Part shown: piece by piece, positions 36,451 to 48,415 of the stretch | Position numbering within the stretch: the stretch's first letter is position 1 | How the letters are laid out: each line of letters starts with the position of its first letter | Source of the DNA: Toensbergia leucococca | Taxonomy: Eukaryota | NCBI GenBank assembly: GCA_022813965.1 | Contig: JALDZS010000001.1 | Span: 124,001-188,000, forward strand | Direction of reading: 5' to 3' | Length of the DNA stretch: 64,000 nt | The notes under the pieces: model-generated | What the model was told of the DNA's origin: nothing | What the model saw: the letters and a program-made list of their open reading frames with translations, nothing else | The model's database searches: none | Made by a program: the position numbers and the translations under genes

Positions 36451-39402
36451 ATGGAATTTGTAAGATATTGCATTTGTTAATCTCCCCACCGCATGTAGCT
36501 GCTGATGTATCGGTGCAGTGGTCTCGCCTCATCAGTGGTGCTGGGGACTCTCCATCGAGCAGGCAATCCAGTATCCCTAATCATTCCCAGCAACGTTTAA
36601 TACGCTTCAAGCGAGGACATGCTCAGCTACTGGTAACTTTGCCTCCTGAAACCCTCATCTGATCACATTGATAATTGATGCTTGAAGTAGCAAGTATGGC
36701 AGAAGAGCAGCAAGAAGCTATCCATAGATCCTACCGTCGCCGAAAACCTTTCCATGTGCCTCTTAAACTTGCAATCTATCCTGAAAGACGAAATTCAAGC
36801 GCCTGCCCCTCATCTCTGCATCGCTGATGTTGCTGAATCTCGACTCTACGTGCTTGTGTCCAGCATAGCCTCCACGTCATATAATGAAAGTATCATCCAT
36901 GAAGCTCTGGCTTTCTTCAACATACTCATCAACACCGAAGAGGAAAACTTCCTTGAGTATCAAGGCTTCGCCGACATCTTTATAGAATTTGTTAGTGACA
37001 TCTCAACATCGGGGCCGGTCATGGTCGATGTAGAAATCGAAGGAGAGATGGTAGAATTGCTTTTTGGTGTTGCTGCAAAATTAAGGCTTCGGCCTGAAGT
37101 ACTCCCAATGTGGTTCAGGCGGAACACACAGGACTTGAAATCTCCTGAAGAAGTAGGGAGAGGTGGCTTCGTTCCCAAATCCCATAAAGAAGAATTCCCA
37201 CTGTTCTATCTGCTCTTGGATTATGTACATCATGATGGGAAAGTGGGTGACTTTGCTAGAACTGGTCTGCTGTATCTGATTGAATCATCAGTCCATTCTG
37301 AAGACCTTGAAAAATGGGTCGTCGAAAGTGATCTGGCTAGTTTGATGGCGAGCGGGCTTGGAGCGCTATATAGCCAGTTAAGCAGGTCGGCCGTTACTTA
37401 TCCTCCAATCCATATCACGCGGCTGATATTAGTAGAAAACTTGTTTTGTCGTTTCCAAGAGACTCAATTCCTACCATCTTATCACTCTCTGACGATACCC
37501 TGCCTCCAATACCTTATGATGCCGACGAGACAGCTTCGCTGGCTTTCCAGGCGCATCTTAAGACTTTTCTTTCCCATCTGGTCTTTTGGCAGGATGTTCT
37601 GGAGCACTGCACCTCAATTGATATCAAGCAAACCTTGCTCGACCATTTTCAATTTCTGTTCCTACAACAATTGTTGTGAGCTCACATCCGAACGCGTGGT
37701 CACAGCAAAAGATTACTAATTTGCTAACAGATACCCATCTCTTTTGGAATCTTCAGACGCAGATGGCGGTTCTGTTGCTGTCTTGACCTATTTGCAACAT
37801 GTCCTTGAATCAATCGATCATCTAGATCTCATTCAACTTATTTTACAATATTTACTAGCAATTCCCCAAAAGCAGCCAGAAGATCCATCACCATCTAGAC
37901 CTACCACGCTTGCAAGAAGACGGAAATCTCAGGATCTCATTACCAATATGGCAGATAATCCACCTCCAGCTTTATTCAATCTCGTTGATCTGATCAGAGG
38001 AGGCCTTCAATCTCGAGACCAACAGACCATCACTTCAACACTCCGTCTTATCTCTGTTTTAATGCGTAAGCAACACAGATATACCATCTCAACTCTTGTC
38101 ACGATAGCTCCATCTGGTGAGGAGGATACGAAACGCACGATAGGTGTTCACAATCGAGATACAAAGCTTTTGCTACACATAGCTGAGAGGTTAGCAAAAA
38201 ACGATCACCTCGAGGATATATATGAGACACATTTGCACGACGCCAGAACAGTTTTAGAGAACCATCCGTGCTCAGGAATGCTCCTCACACTTCCAGATAT
38301 ACGAGGGTTCACAACACAAAGCAGTATACTTACTTGTGCCAACGGCGAACCTGAACTGATTCGCGTACATACGATCAGAAGTGACGATCCTCTGTTGAGC
38401 TCTCTTTTTTCACTCTTAGAAAATTTCCTAGCCAATGATGTTCAGACCAACCTAAGCCTTACTCAAACGTTTGTGGTTCTGGCCTCTTGCGGCTACACAC
38501 GCTTGGAGGGTTGGCTTCTTTCCAGTACTGCTGAGGATGAGATCGCCATAAGCCTGGAAGAAGAACCTATTATCGATATGCATGATACTCTGAGCGATAT
38601 AAGTGGGTCATCCACCGAAATAGGCGATGCGGAAAAATGGCATGCCATGAAGCTAGCTCACCGAGTACCGAGTCAAAACGCTAAGCCGTCATCGCTATTT
38701 TTCAATGCCCTTGATTGTCTCGGAAGGCAAGTGGATAGTCACCGTCAGTCGATCCAAGACTTTGACGCTTATCTTACCGACCGCCGAAACATTCTCGACC
38801 CGAGGGCTGAGATGGACGAGGTTCCCGTGAATTTAGCGACTCCAATCCAGGAATCTGGAGACTCGCAGAATGCATCTCCTGCTAGATCAAAAAACTTGCC
38901 TCAGATGGACTCGATTTCTCAGAGGCTATCAGCTGATAAAACTTCCTCAAACGTCTCGAGATCAAATTCACCACGAGGAAGGCAGCAGAATAGGCTTTCA
39001 TCATCGACACTTCCAGGAAGGCTGAGTCATCCACACATTGTACCTTCTCTAAGCCCGTCTCAGGGGTCATCAAGGCCACATTCAACATCTCCGCCATATA
39101 AAAAACCTGTATCGGAACCCCCCAAGCCTCCCCTGATTCCTCTAGAAATACTTCAACGCAAGCTCAGATTGACGGACAGACATAGGACCAGGATAAATCA
39201 TTTACAGATAGTTGGGAGCAGCGAGAGCAGCAGCACGAGGAGTCCATCTCGTGACCCAGAAGTCAGGCTTGCTGATGACGGCACTGAGGTCAGCCTCAGC
39301 CATCTGCTGACCAATGTGATAATCCTACAGGAATTCGTGATTGAACTTGCGGCCATAGTCGAGGTCAGAGCCAGCTTATTTGATGAGGTCAAGTTTGTTT
39401 AA
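36451..39402 (+). CDS. fhipA: FHIP/FAM160 (RAI16-like) subunit of the FTS-Hook-FHIP complex, 5 exons
   Basis: 9-nt first exon giving MEF|WSRLI, then FPLFYLLLDYVHHDGKVGDFARTGLLY, MASGLGALYSQLSR, LYPSLLESSD and C-terminal LLTNVIILQEFVIELAAIVEVRA. Confidence 0.88.
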
Positions 39403-41442
39403 ATCTAGACCGCATGTCAATCTCAATTTTCGGTTCTACTATCAGCAGTGATGACTGCTTCAGCACTCCGTCCTCCAACATTCATATCTCTTTAAACGAC
39501 GCCACATCATCAGTTTACTGGATTGAGATGACATAAGGCGAGCATAAAACTTTTAAACCCTCCAGTAACGGTGGAAGATGCTGGACATAAATTTTAAAAC
39601 CTCTCCAGCCTAGGGTCAATACGTTGAGTTGTTAGCTTTCAAGAAGGTATTTATGTTTCAGAGCTATTGCTGATATTGCCGATCGAGGCTAGTTGTTTCG
39701 TTGTCAGGGGTTGGTCGACCTGATAATTACTTACTTGTCTGGGCAATGGCGAATTCGAGGGATTGGCTTCTGAATGAGATGCGGAACGTAAAGTATTTCC
39801 GCAGCTTCTAGGGGCGAGACGTACGGTCAGGTAAGGTAACAGCTACCAGGAAAAAATCTAGATGCTCAGGGGCTCCTTTGTGCGTTCGCTAAGCTCTATG
39901 CCTAGCGTACTCCAGGCTGAGAGGCCGCACTGCCCGTGACAGCTTGATGATTTGAATTGCCTGCTCATATTCAGAGGTGCGTAAGACTTGGATGTCTTGA
40001 GATGTACAGCTTGGAGTATGATCATAACAGTATCAAGAATTGAAGTAGCATTTTAATTTCTTGGAATTTGGTCTGAATATATAATTCAAAATGGAAACAA
40101 GTACGGATAGATTCAAACTAGTTCAACAAAATTTTCTCGCATTTTGCAAAAGAGTGTAGTCGTGCCCGGGCTTTCACAGAGTCAGTATAAACGTTGATCA
40201 GCATTTCACAGCAGAGAAAATCTTACATCGAACCGGGAACCTTCTCGGATCCGGAAAGCTCACAGTGTGAACGAGAAATCATAACCATTAGAACACACGA
40301 CTTGATAACTTCACAAGCTCTTATTTTAAGAACTAAAACTATTGGATCTAGCAATCAAAGTACCAGCCATTCGCCCTTTCAGAACTCCTACCTTTTTCAT
40401 CCTTCACCATCTCAATCATCTTGAATCCTCTGAGACGCCTAGCCACCATAGCTTTGGGTCCCCACCAAGACTTTACCTTCTAGCCTTTATCTACGCATTC
40501 GATACTACGGTGGCTGAGCTGACTCATCCTTGAAGAGTGACAATGTGAAATCTGCTCTATATGCGACTGAGCCTGTGAAGTCATGGACAGACTTCTTACT
40601 GCATCAAATCAGCTGAATTAGCAACGCTTACCCTGAATTGCTAGGTTTCTTGCCGTGTAGACCTCAGTTACCATAGTCTTCTAGACTGCATGCAGAAGTG
40701 ATAAACCGAATCCCAAACAATGTCATTGATCTTTGATACTCTCTGCTCTTTGTGCTAGTGCTCCATCGATTTCATAAATTTTCTCAGTCGTTGTGATTTC
40801 CTAGCCATTTCACAACACTTAAGACAGTGATCGTCACATATCCAAGGCGTTGTATATTGTTTCATCACTTCACTTCCCGCGTAAACACGACCTTACTCAG
40901 GCCATAGCTTTGACGCTGTGAACATTGACTTCATGAGGTTCATCTATAACTGTACTCTCTTCATTCAAATTCACAGCAAGGCACTATCTTCCGATCTCTT
41001 TGGTTACTTGGCTGCTCTCTCACTTACCATTACAATCATCTTGGATCCGTGTACGAAAGGTGAGTTTCGCTTTCTAAAGCATCACATCCAATAAGGTGTT
41101 CTAAATTGTCTCTAGTGGCCCTCAACTCTCGGTACTTGAAGAGTTTTCACTCAAGGTATCACGCAACAGACTTGATATCTGCGACGAGGTATACGCCAGA
41201 CTCTTTCCATCACCATGGGAAGTGAGACGTCTGGAAGTAGCTGTGACCAGTATTCTGACACAGGTACAACACGCCTAACACACATGACTCACCCCAAACA
41301 CTCGATGATTCATGAAGATAAGAAACGCCTCAAGAGAGAAATCTCTTCATCGCCTCTGTCGATATCAAGCCTCTCACCAATAAAAGAAGTTCGACATCTC
41401 TCCAATCGCACAGACTCTAGTTATATGGACGGCTAACCATTT

Positions 41443-42399
41443 TTGGCAAATCGTCGTACTGCTCTGCGTCCTTGGAATGACTGTATTGTGGCGGAACAGC
41501 TATCCATTTACAACCTGCCACCATACTTTGTACGGTTGAGAGACGATCAAACTGGCCACTTGGCTTACTGGGTAGCGGTAACGCCCGGAGCAATCTCGGC
41601 AGGGGAATTAGGTCTCTACTGGCCCTGGGATTTTGATCCAGAAGGGGCGATCCAGAGCAGTAGGGTATGTAGCCCGTTTGGGGAAGTGGAAACTTCGATT
41701 TCCAAGGCGAGAGATAGTTGGGGACCAGCGTATGACGGCGTTGGCTCCTATCAAGATCTCAAAGGCGGGGATGTCATTCCGTTCTATTTTGACGAAGAGC
41801 TGCCAAAGACATATACCAGCTCCTGGAAGATCATGCGACCGCCGACTGACCACGGTAGCGGCAAATCTAGCTCAGCTTCAAAGAGAAAGTCGTACGATGA
41901 TTTAACGGGACGCGAAGAGAAGAGACAACGCACTCGTCATATTAGCCTCCCTGAGAAAGAGTCTGAAAATGTGCGGCGTGAAATATTTGATCTGCTACCA
42001 GCGGCGCAGAAAAACGAAGGAAAGGCTCAGGGGGTCCTGCAACGGAGTAAGGTCAACGACTCAAAATTCACCATTTTGGACGACGAAGTCGGAGAGCTGC
42101 AAGAGAAGAACAAGGATTCAGATATCACTAGACTGCAGAAAGGGCTTATGAAGCAGTACGAAAAGGTCCAGGAGCTGGAAGACGCCAAGCAACGGAATGC
42201 GGATACGACAAGAGGGATGCTGATGACAATCAAAATGAAAGATAGGGAGCTCGAAGCCATGAGGTCGAGGCTTTCAAAGCTTGAGGATGAGCTGGCGTCT
42301 TGTGACAGTGACAGGAAGATCTGGAAACGCAAATACGAAGGTGTCAGAGGATTAATGCAACATATTAACGATATTGCGCGTATGCCGCACAATTTCTGA
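41443..42399 (+). CDS. Hypothetical protein with C-terminal coiled coil (true start probably in an upstream exon)
   Basis: 318-codon ORF with a heptad-like, charged C-terminal half; begins at a non-ATG codon; no recognised family. Confidence 0.55.
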   Translation: MANRRTALRPWNDCIVAEQLSIYNLPPYFVRLRDDQTGHLAYWVAVTPGAISAGELGLYWPWDFDPEGAIQSSRVCSPFGEVETSISKARDSWGPAYDGVGSYQDLKGGDVIPFYFDEELPKTYTSSWKIMRPPTDHGSGKSSSASKRKSYDDLTGREEKRQRTRHISLPEKESENVRREIFDLLPAAQKNEGKAQGVLQRSKVNDSKFTILDDEVGELQEKNKDSDITRLQKGLMKQYEKVQELEDAKQRNADTTRGMLMTIKMKDRELEAMRSRLSKLEDELASCDSDRKIWKRKYEGVRGLMQHINDIARMPHNF

Positions 42400-42940
42400 G
42401 TAAGCTCGATGATGTTTAATACGAGCCTCGAATCTGAACGAATTGCATATCAAGAAGTGTCAGGGTTGGATCACAGTGTAGCTCCCACGACGGTGAGACG
42501 TGGTAGCTTGATTAAGGAAATTGGCAATGACAAGTACATAGAGTTCTAGAGGCTCGAGGCTCTCTAGGCCTTGAAGTAGCCTAAACACATTATGGGGGAG
42601 GGGGAAATGAAGGATTTCTGAGCTGATACTCGTCAATATTCTTTCTCCCGGCAAATGACTAGATATTCCATTTCTGGTACTAGGGCGGTTTCTACAAGTA
42701 CCTTGGTGCAAGCATTCGACCGAGTCTCCCCTAATGTATTGTATCAAACAACAAGAGGAATCGATTCAATTTGAGACCGATTGAATACGCTTGCAATTTT
42801 TAGAATTGAACATTTAAATATTTAAGCTAGTAGTGTAGGCTAGGTCAAGAGCTGCTCTAATTAAATAGAGATAGATCCCGTTGTAACGGCAAAGACCTTC
42901 ACCTCACACACTCACTCAATCACTAAGTATATGAGCGCAA

Positions 42941-45289
42941 ATGTCAGGTCGCTTTGTAAGGGCGTCGAAGTATCGTAAGCATTCGCATCCGAACAGATAA
43001 TTGGAGCTATCGAATGCTAAATCCAAGCTTTCAGGGCATGTCTTCGGCCGTTCAACAAGGAAGGTACCATGGGACCCAATTCTCAGCATCACTGGCCAAT
43101 AGCCTGACCTTCAATAGGAGCAATGCTACGATAACTTGCGCATCTCTAAAAATGCCTGGGACACAAATCTCGTCAAGGCAGGCTGGCCTACCTCGAAAAA
43201 ACGAGCATATTCCGTCTGACTGAAGAGCAGGCGAACCCTCACTATATTTCGGTCAATTGGGAAGCCAGTGGTGGAGGCGCTTTCGCCGTCATACCCATCA
43301 ACGAGAAAGGGAGATTACCCGAGCAGATTCCTCTATTCAGAGGTCATACGGCCGTGGTTTTGGACACCGACTGGTACGCTGGAAGTGTATCACACGGCAT
43401 TGCAAGCGCTGATTTTGATCACAGGAGCCCTTTCAATGACTCCCTGATAGCTTCTGGGTCTGATGACGGCAAGGTATTGTCACGCTCCTCCTGGATCCCA
43501 GATCCACAACTTAGACAACTAGGCCTTCATTTGGAAAGTCCCTGAAGATTTCACTTTACACTCGGATGCAGACGAGCCTACCGATGTTGCGCCTATTAGC
43601 AAGTTTATAGGTCACTCAAGGTATGTCTTCCCGTCTAGAATTGGGCGTGAGCTTACGACAGTGAACAGGAAAGTCGGACACGTGCTCTTCAATCCAGCCG
43701 CAGAAAATGTCCTCGCAACCTCATCTGGCGATTACACGGTAAAAGTATGGGATGTTGAAGCCGGCTCCCCGCGTCTGACGCTCAAACACACCGATATCGT
43801 ACAGTCACTCTCATGGAGCAGCAACGGCTCTCTGATAGTCACTACATCTCGTGATAAGAAGCTTCGAATATGGGATGTACGTCAAGAAAAACCAGCACAT
43901 GTCACATCTGGCCATTCCGGCGCAAAGGCCAGTCGTGTTGTATGGATGGGCGATCATGACAGGGTAGCTACGACTGGATTTTCAAAGATGAGTGATCGTC
44001 AATTGGGGCTTTGGGATATCAAGAACCCAAAGGAGCCTATTGATGGTTTTCAAATGCTGGACTCAATATCGGGAGTTTGCATGCCATTCTGGGACGATAG
44101 CACTCAATGTCTTTATTTGGCTGGAAAAGGGTATGTCAGTCTACTCACTTGAGAGATACGAATTGATGTAGGACAGTGACGGCAACATTCGCTACTTCGA
44201 ATACGAACACGACAAATTCGAGTTCCTCTCTGAGTACAAATCCGCCGATCCTCAACGTGGTCTAGCATTTCTGCCAAAGCGCGGCGTGAATACTCACGAG
44301 AACGAAGTCATGCGCGCCTTCAAGACGGTCAACGACGCATACATTGAACCCATCTCCTTCATAGTCCCCCGGCGGGCGGAAGTCTTCCAAGGAGATATCT
44401 ATCCTCCAGTCGTCGGCTCCAAACCAGCAATGTCTTCTGCGGAGTGGTTCCAAGGCAAGGAAGGCTTACCCCCAAAGATTGATCTCGAAAGTGTCTATGC
44501 GGGCGAAGAACCCGCAGAAGTCCCCGCAGATTACAAACCTGCTCCACAAAAACAGCCTTCCCCAGAGAGATCATCCCCTTCAAAGAAAGAGCCCGACCCC
44601 GAGGCAGCAAAAGAACCAACACCAGCGTTCCGCGGACCACCCCAATCTATGAAACAGCAGACCAGCTCCATCGCAGATCTAGCCTCAAAATTCGCGGATA
44701 AAGACGACGTCGAGTCTACCGATGACCAGGACGATGACAGCTCCAGCTTCGAAGAAGTTTCTAAGCCTGTCGATCGCTCCGAGAGACATTTCCCTATCAC
44801 CAAGCCAGAAGAGAAAAGCGGACCGACTTCTAGCACCCGCGAGCCTCCCAATTATACAGCCTCGCCCAGCACCGCAGATGCCACCACCTCGCCCGTCGAA
44901 ACAAAAGCGTCCCCATCGCAGCCTCCGTCAACCATAACCAAGGTACGCCCCTCCTCTCTTTCCCTCCTAAACCCTGCGCACTAATCCGCTCCCCCTTCCT
45001 GTAGTCACCTCAATCCCAACACTCAGGCCTCACGCCCCCATCATCCTCCATAACAACCACCGCCACCACCAATCCTCCCTCCTCCTCCGAACCTATCCAA
45101 GCCTCCCTCCACGAAATCAAATCACTCCTGGAGCTGCAAACCCGCACCATGGCGGCGCAGAGCGAGAAAATCGTGCAGTTAACCGCCGAGGTCGATATTT
45201 TGCGCGTGACGGTTGGGGAGGGGAAGGGGAGCAGGGAGAAAGATGATCGGATTCGAGAGTTGGAGGGGCTTTTGCTGGGGGGCAGGTGA
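42941..45289 (+). CDS. CRN1: Coronin (WD40 actin-binding protein), multi-exon
   Basis: MSGRFVRASKYRHVFG, NAWDTNLVKANP, VNWEASGGGAF, LAGKGDGNIRYFE, PISFIVPRRAEVFQGDIYP and a C-terminal coiled coil. Confidence 0.96.
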
Positions 45290-46770
45290 ATGGAGTGGCT
45301 GGGGTGTTTTGGTGGGTTGTGAGGTTGAGGGAGGAGATTGGAGGATTGGATTAGATCTGGGCTGTTTTTTCGATGATAGTCATGGATGAATTTTTTTTGA
45401 TATTTCGGATTCATTGGAGGGGTGATTGTGTCTTTTTGCGTATCCTGTCGTGCCATCAAGAGCATACCTAGATCCCCATCCGGCGAAAGACACTTTCTGG
45501 GCTGCAGAAGCTTATTACGATATCCGAGATGGAAGTTCATTATGGAATGTCTCCTTTCTCAAATTGTCCGAAATGATGGCTATATACATAATAAAATGAG
45601 ACACGAGGACTGGACTTTATGTCCTTTGTGAAAGATTGCTGTATTTACATACAGTCGAGATCACATCTGTGCTCCTTGCCCCGAATCGATATTGCTCTGT
45701 CTTCTCTCGTTCCTCCCTACCGCGCTTGGCTGGTTCGAACGGAACGGGTGGCTATTCTCTGTTGGTCTTTTTTGAACGTTGGACTTGCAGGTTTGTTGAA
45801 GGGGCCTTTGCTTATGTCTTTACGTGGGAGGAGGTATTATCGTCCGAGCGCGTTTCAGATTGCGGCTGGCTGCCTATTTTCGCTTCTCGGGGCGAAAACA
45901 AGTCCCAGTAGAGCTGGACGGTTAGAAGTGATACTGTTGTTGAACCGGATTTAGGAATATTCAAGGCGTCAACGATATACCAAACTAATTCTATTGGTTG
46001 AAGACCAACATTGTAGTCGCAAGCCTGGTCCCTCAATACCAACGGCCTCTGCTTTGTTAAAGACCGAGAAAAGTTTTCTATGAAAGTATCCGAGTCTCAT
46101 ATCTGTTCGATACCGGCGTGGCTGAACGGCCTGTCGGTTATCGGCGGAGGTTCGGTGGGGGCTATCCGGAGGTCTCAAGTCGATGAAGCGCACTGACTGA
46201 GATCCTCACACTCGGTATCGTTCAAGAAAGATCGAGGTGGCAGCATCAGGCCTAATGGGCGGCTCCACCCGCGGGTGGGGACAACCATCGGTTAATTGGA
46301 GCTGACAGATCTGTTGAATGTATTTTTTTGGCTTGCTGTAGGAGTTGTAACCGCGACCTAGTGGCTGATTCGTTCCATAGATCTCAAATTTTGAACGCCA
46401 TCGAAGAGTGGCTGCGCTTGGTTGAATCTGATCTCGAATGTTTGAGGGTCCTCGATGTAGGGTAGAAAAGGTAGATGTTGTGGTTTCGTCGAGGAACCCT
46501 TGTAGATTTTTAAGGAACAATCCGAGACAGACTCCATGACCAGGAGTCTCGGGATTGTTGACTGGCCTGTTTTGCGTAACGACATTTGACGTTGATGCGC
46601 GAGGAGTCAACTAGGTAAGCAGTATGCAGAGAGCCAAACACCATTTGAGGAATGCAAGTGATATGAATAGATCGGATGAATATATCAAATGAGACTTTTC
46701 AAACACATAACTCAGACTATGCGTTTCATCATGCAACAAGATCGACGAAGACAATCCAGAGGCGACCAGT

Positions 46771-47897
46771 TCAACGCCGCTGTTGCCTGGTCCATGCTTC
46801 GACAAATCCTGATTTCTCTTTGGCGCCGAGCCCCACTCTCTTGACCCTACCGAGCCTTGCGAGCGCCTCGGCCACCTTGTACAGAACTCTCAATTCTGGA
46901 AGATTTATGCCTTCGCTATCATCAGATCCCAGTAAAGTGTCTGTACTGCTAGCGGTGTCATCTTGCGACGCATCGAAATAATTCGTGTAATAAGAGCTTT
47001 TCTGCGCTCCTGGCAATGTTTTGGAAGTGTTGTATACGTTTTCTGCTATCCTGACACGGATGCAATGTGTAGGTTGGCTGAGTAAGTTCCAAAGGAAGGT
47101 GAAATACGCGCCGGGAATGGGAGTAGTGATATCACCTGGAGAATAGCGTAGGCTTATTGGAAAGATTTTCGTAGTTGGTGGTGTTGTTAGAAGAGACGGG
47201 CTAAAAGACAGTATGCCCCGCCCGTTTGTTGTAGTACATTCCGGGAAGACGACAACTATTCGCTTTGGATGCTCTCGCAGAAGAGTTTGCAGGTCGGTGA
47301 GGTTAGCGTGCGTAGACGGACTATACTTTGGACCAGACAAAGCGCGTAGAATGGCCTGGCCAAGCGATATTCTGTGGATTAGACGGGTCGAGGGATAGGA
47401 GACGGTAAATATGGGGTCAAAGATTGCTCCAAGGTATAGGCAGTCAATCGGAGAAGTAAATGACGATGCTATGATAGAAGATGGTTGCGGTAGGCGTGAC
47501 TGATGATGCTTTGCCAACGATCTAAGACATTTCACTATCAGCGACGGGGCTGATAGGAGGGTAGATGACTTCATGCCCTTTTTTGACCCCATCAATTTGA
47601 AGATCAATCCACCAGACACCTGGCACACCAAGCATAAGCCACAGCACAGCTTTCTTGCCCAAAGAGCCAATTGGGAGCCACTGGAGGAGTATGAAGTAGG
47701 TTAGGACGACGGTAAGTAGAAGTGGGAGGCGAATGATGAAGAGGAGGATATGAAGAGGCAACTGAATGGCAGATGCCTCCGATGGAATAGGGAAGAAGGG
47801 GGCAATTCCAGAGCCTGGGCAGTTTTAGTGGAAGTGATGTCAGATCTTGGGGGGGGGCGCAAGAACCTCTGTCTCTGTACTGCGAATACTTCTCCAT
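46771..47897 (-). CDS. LOA1: Lysophosphatidic acid acyltransferase Loa1/Vps66 family, 3 exons
   Basis: MEKYSQYRDRGSGIAPFFP, SSFTSPIDCLYL, VFPECTTTNGRGIL and RVGLGAKEK. Confidence 0.88.
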
Positions 47898-48184
47898 AGC
47901 AAATCGAGAGGCAAGCAAGCAAGTAAACGTTAAGACTCCATGCGGCGGACAGGTTGATGCATGAATCTTTGAAGGGGTCTAAAAGTTATACATTAAGATC
48001 GAGGAATGATATGACTAAGGTATTATGTTCAAGTTTTTATATGGAGGAAGGACGGATACTTGCATGTGACGAGTACTCAGTATCCGTACGAGTTCGATAC
48101 TTGTACGGAAATATAGAAGTGAAATATTTCGCTTAAACTAGCTTAGGATAGTCTAATTTCGGAGCGGCGAATAGAAATCCCGAA

Positions 48185-48344
48185 TGTTTACTATGCTCCC
48201 CAAAGTGCTAAAGTATTCGTAAACAAACCACCGACAAGATATTTTGGCCTTTGGGGAACATACACTGGATCCTTGATCGGGAATCCGATGATCAAATTAT
48301 GATTCGCTACGTTGGCTCGAAAAGCTTCCCTACTTCGCACGCGT
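48185..48344. promoter_or_regulatory. Candidate forkhead sites (TGTTTAC 48185-48191, GTAAACA 48219-48225) and MCB box (ACGCGT 48339-48344) upstream of the kinesin-14 gene
   Basis: Exact consensus matches in the divergent LOA1/kinesin intergenic region. The motifs are short and could occur by chance. Confidence 0.35.
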
Positions 48345-48415
48345 CCTCCAATTTGTCTCCATAGACTGCACTATCCCATTCAATTGTTCAAACGGCTGTG
48401 GCTTTGCTGGCAACC

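Noticed and set aside
45620..46610. Possible degenerate gene on the minus strand between coronin and LOA1
   Set aside because: Short ORFs broken by stops, with no recognisable domain. Cannot be supported without a homology search.
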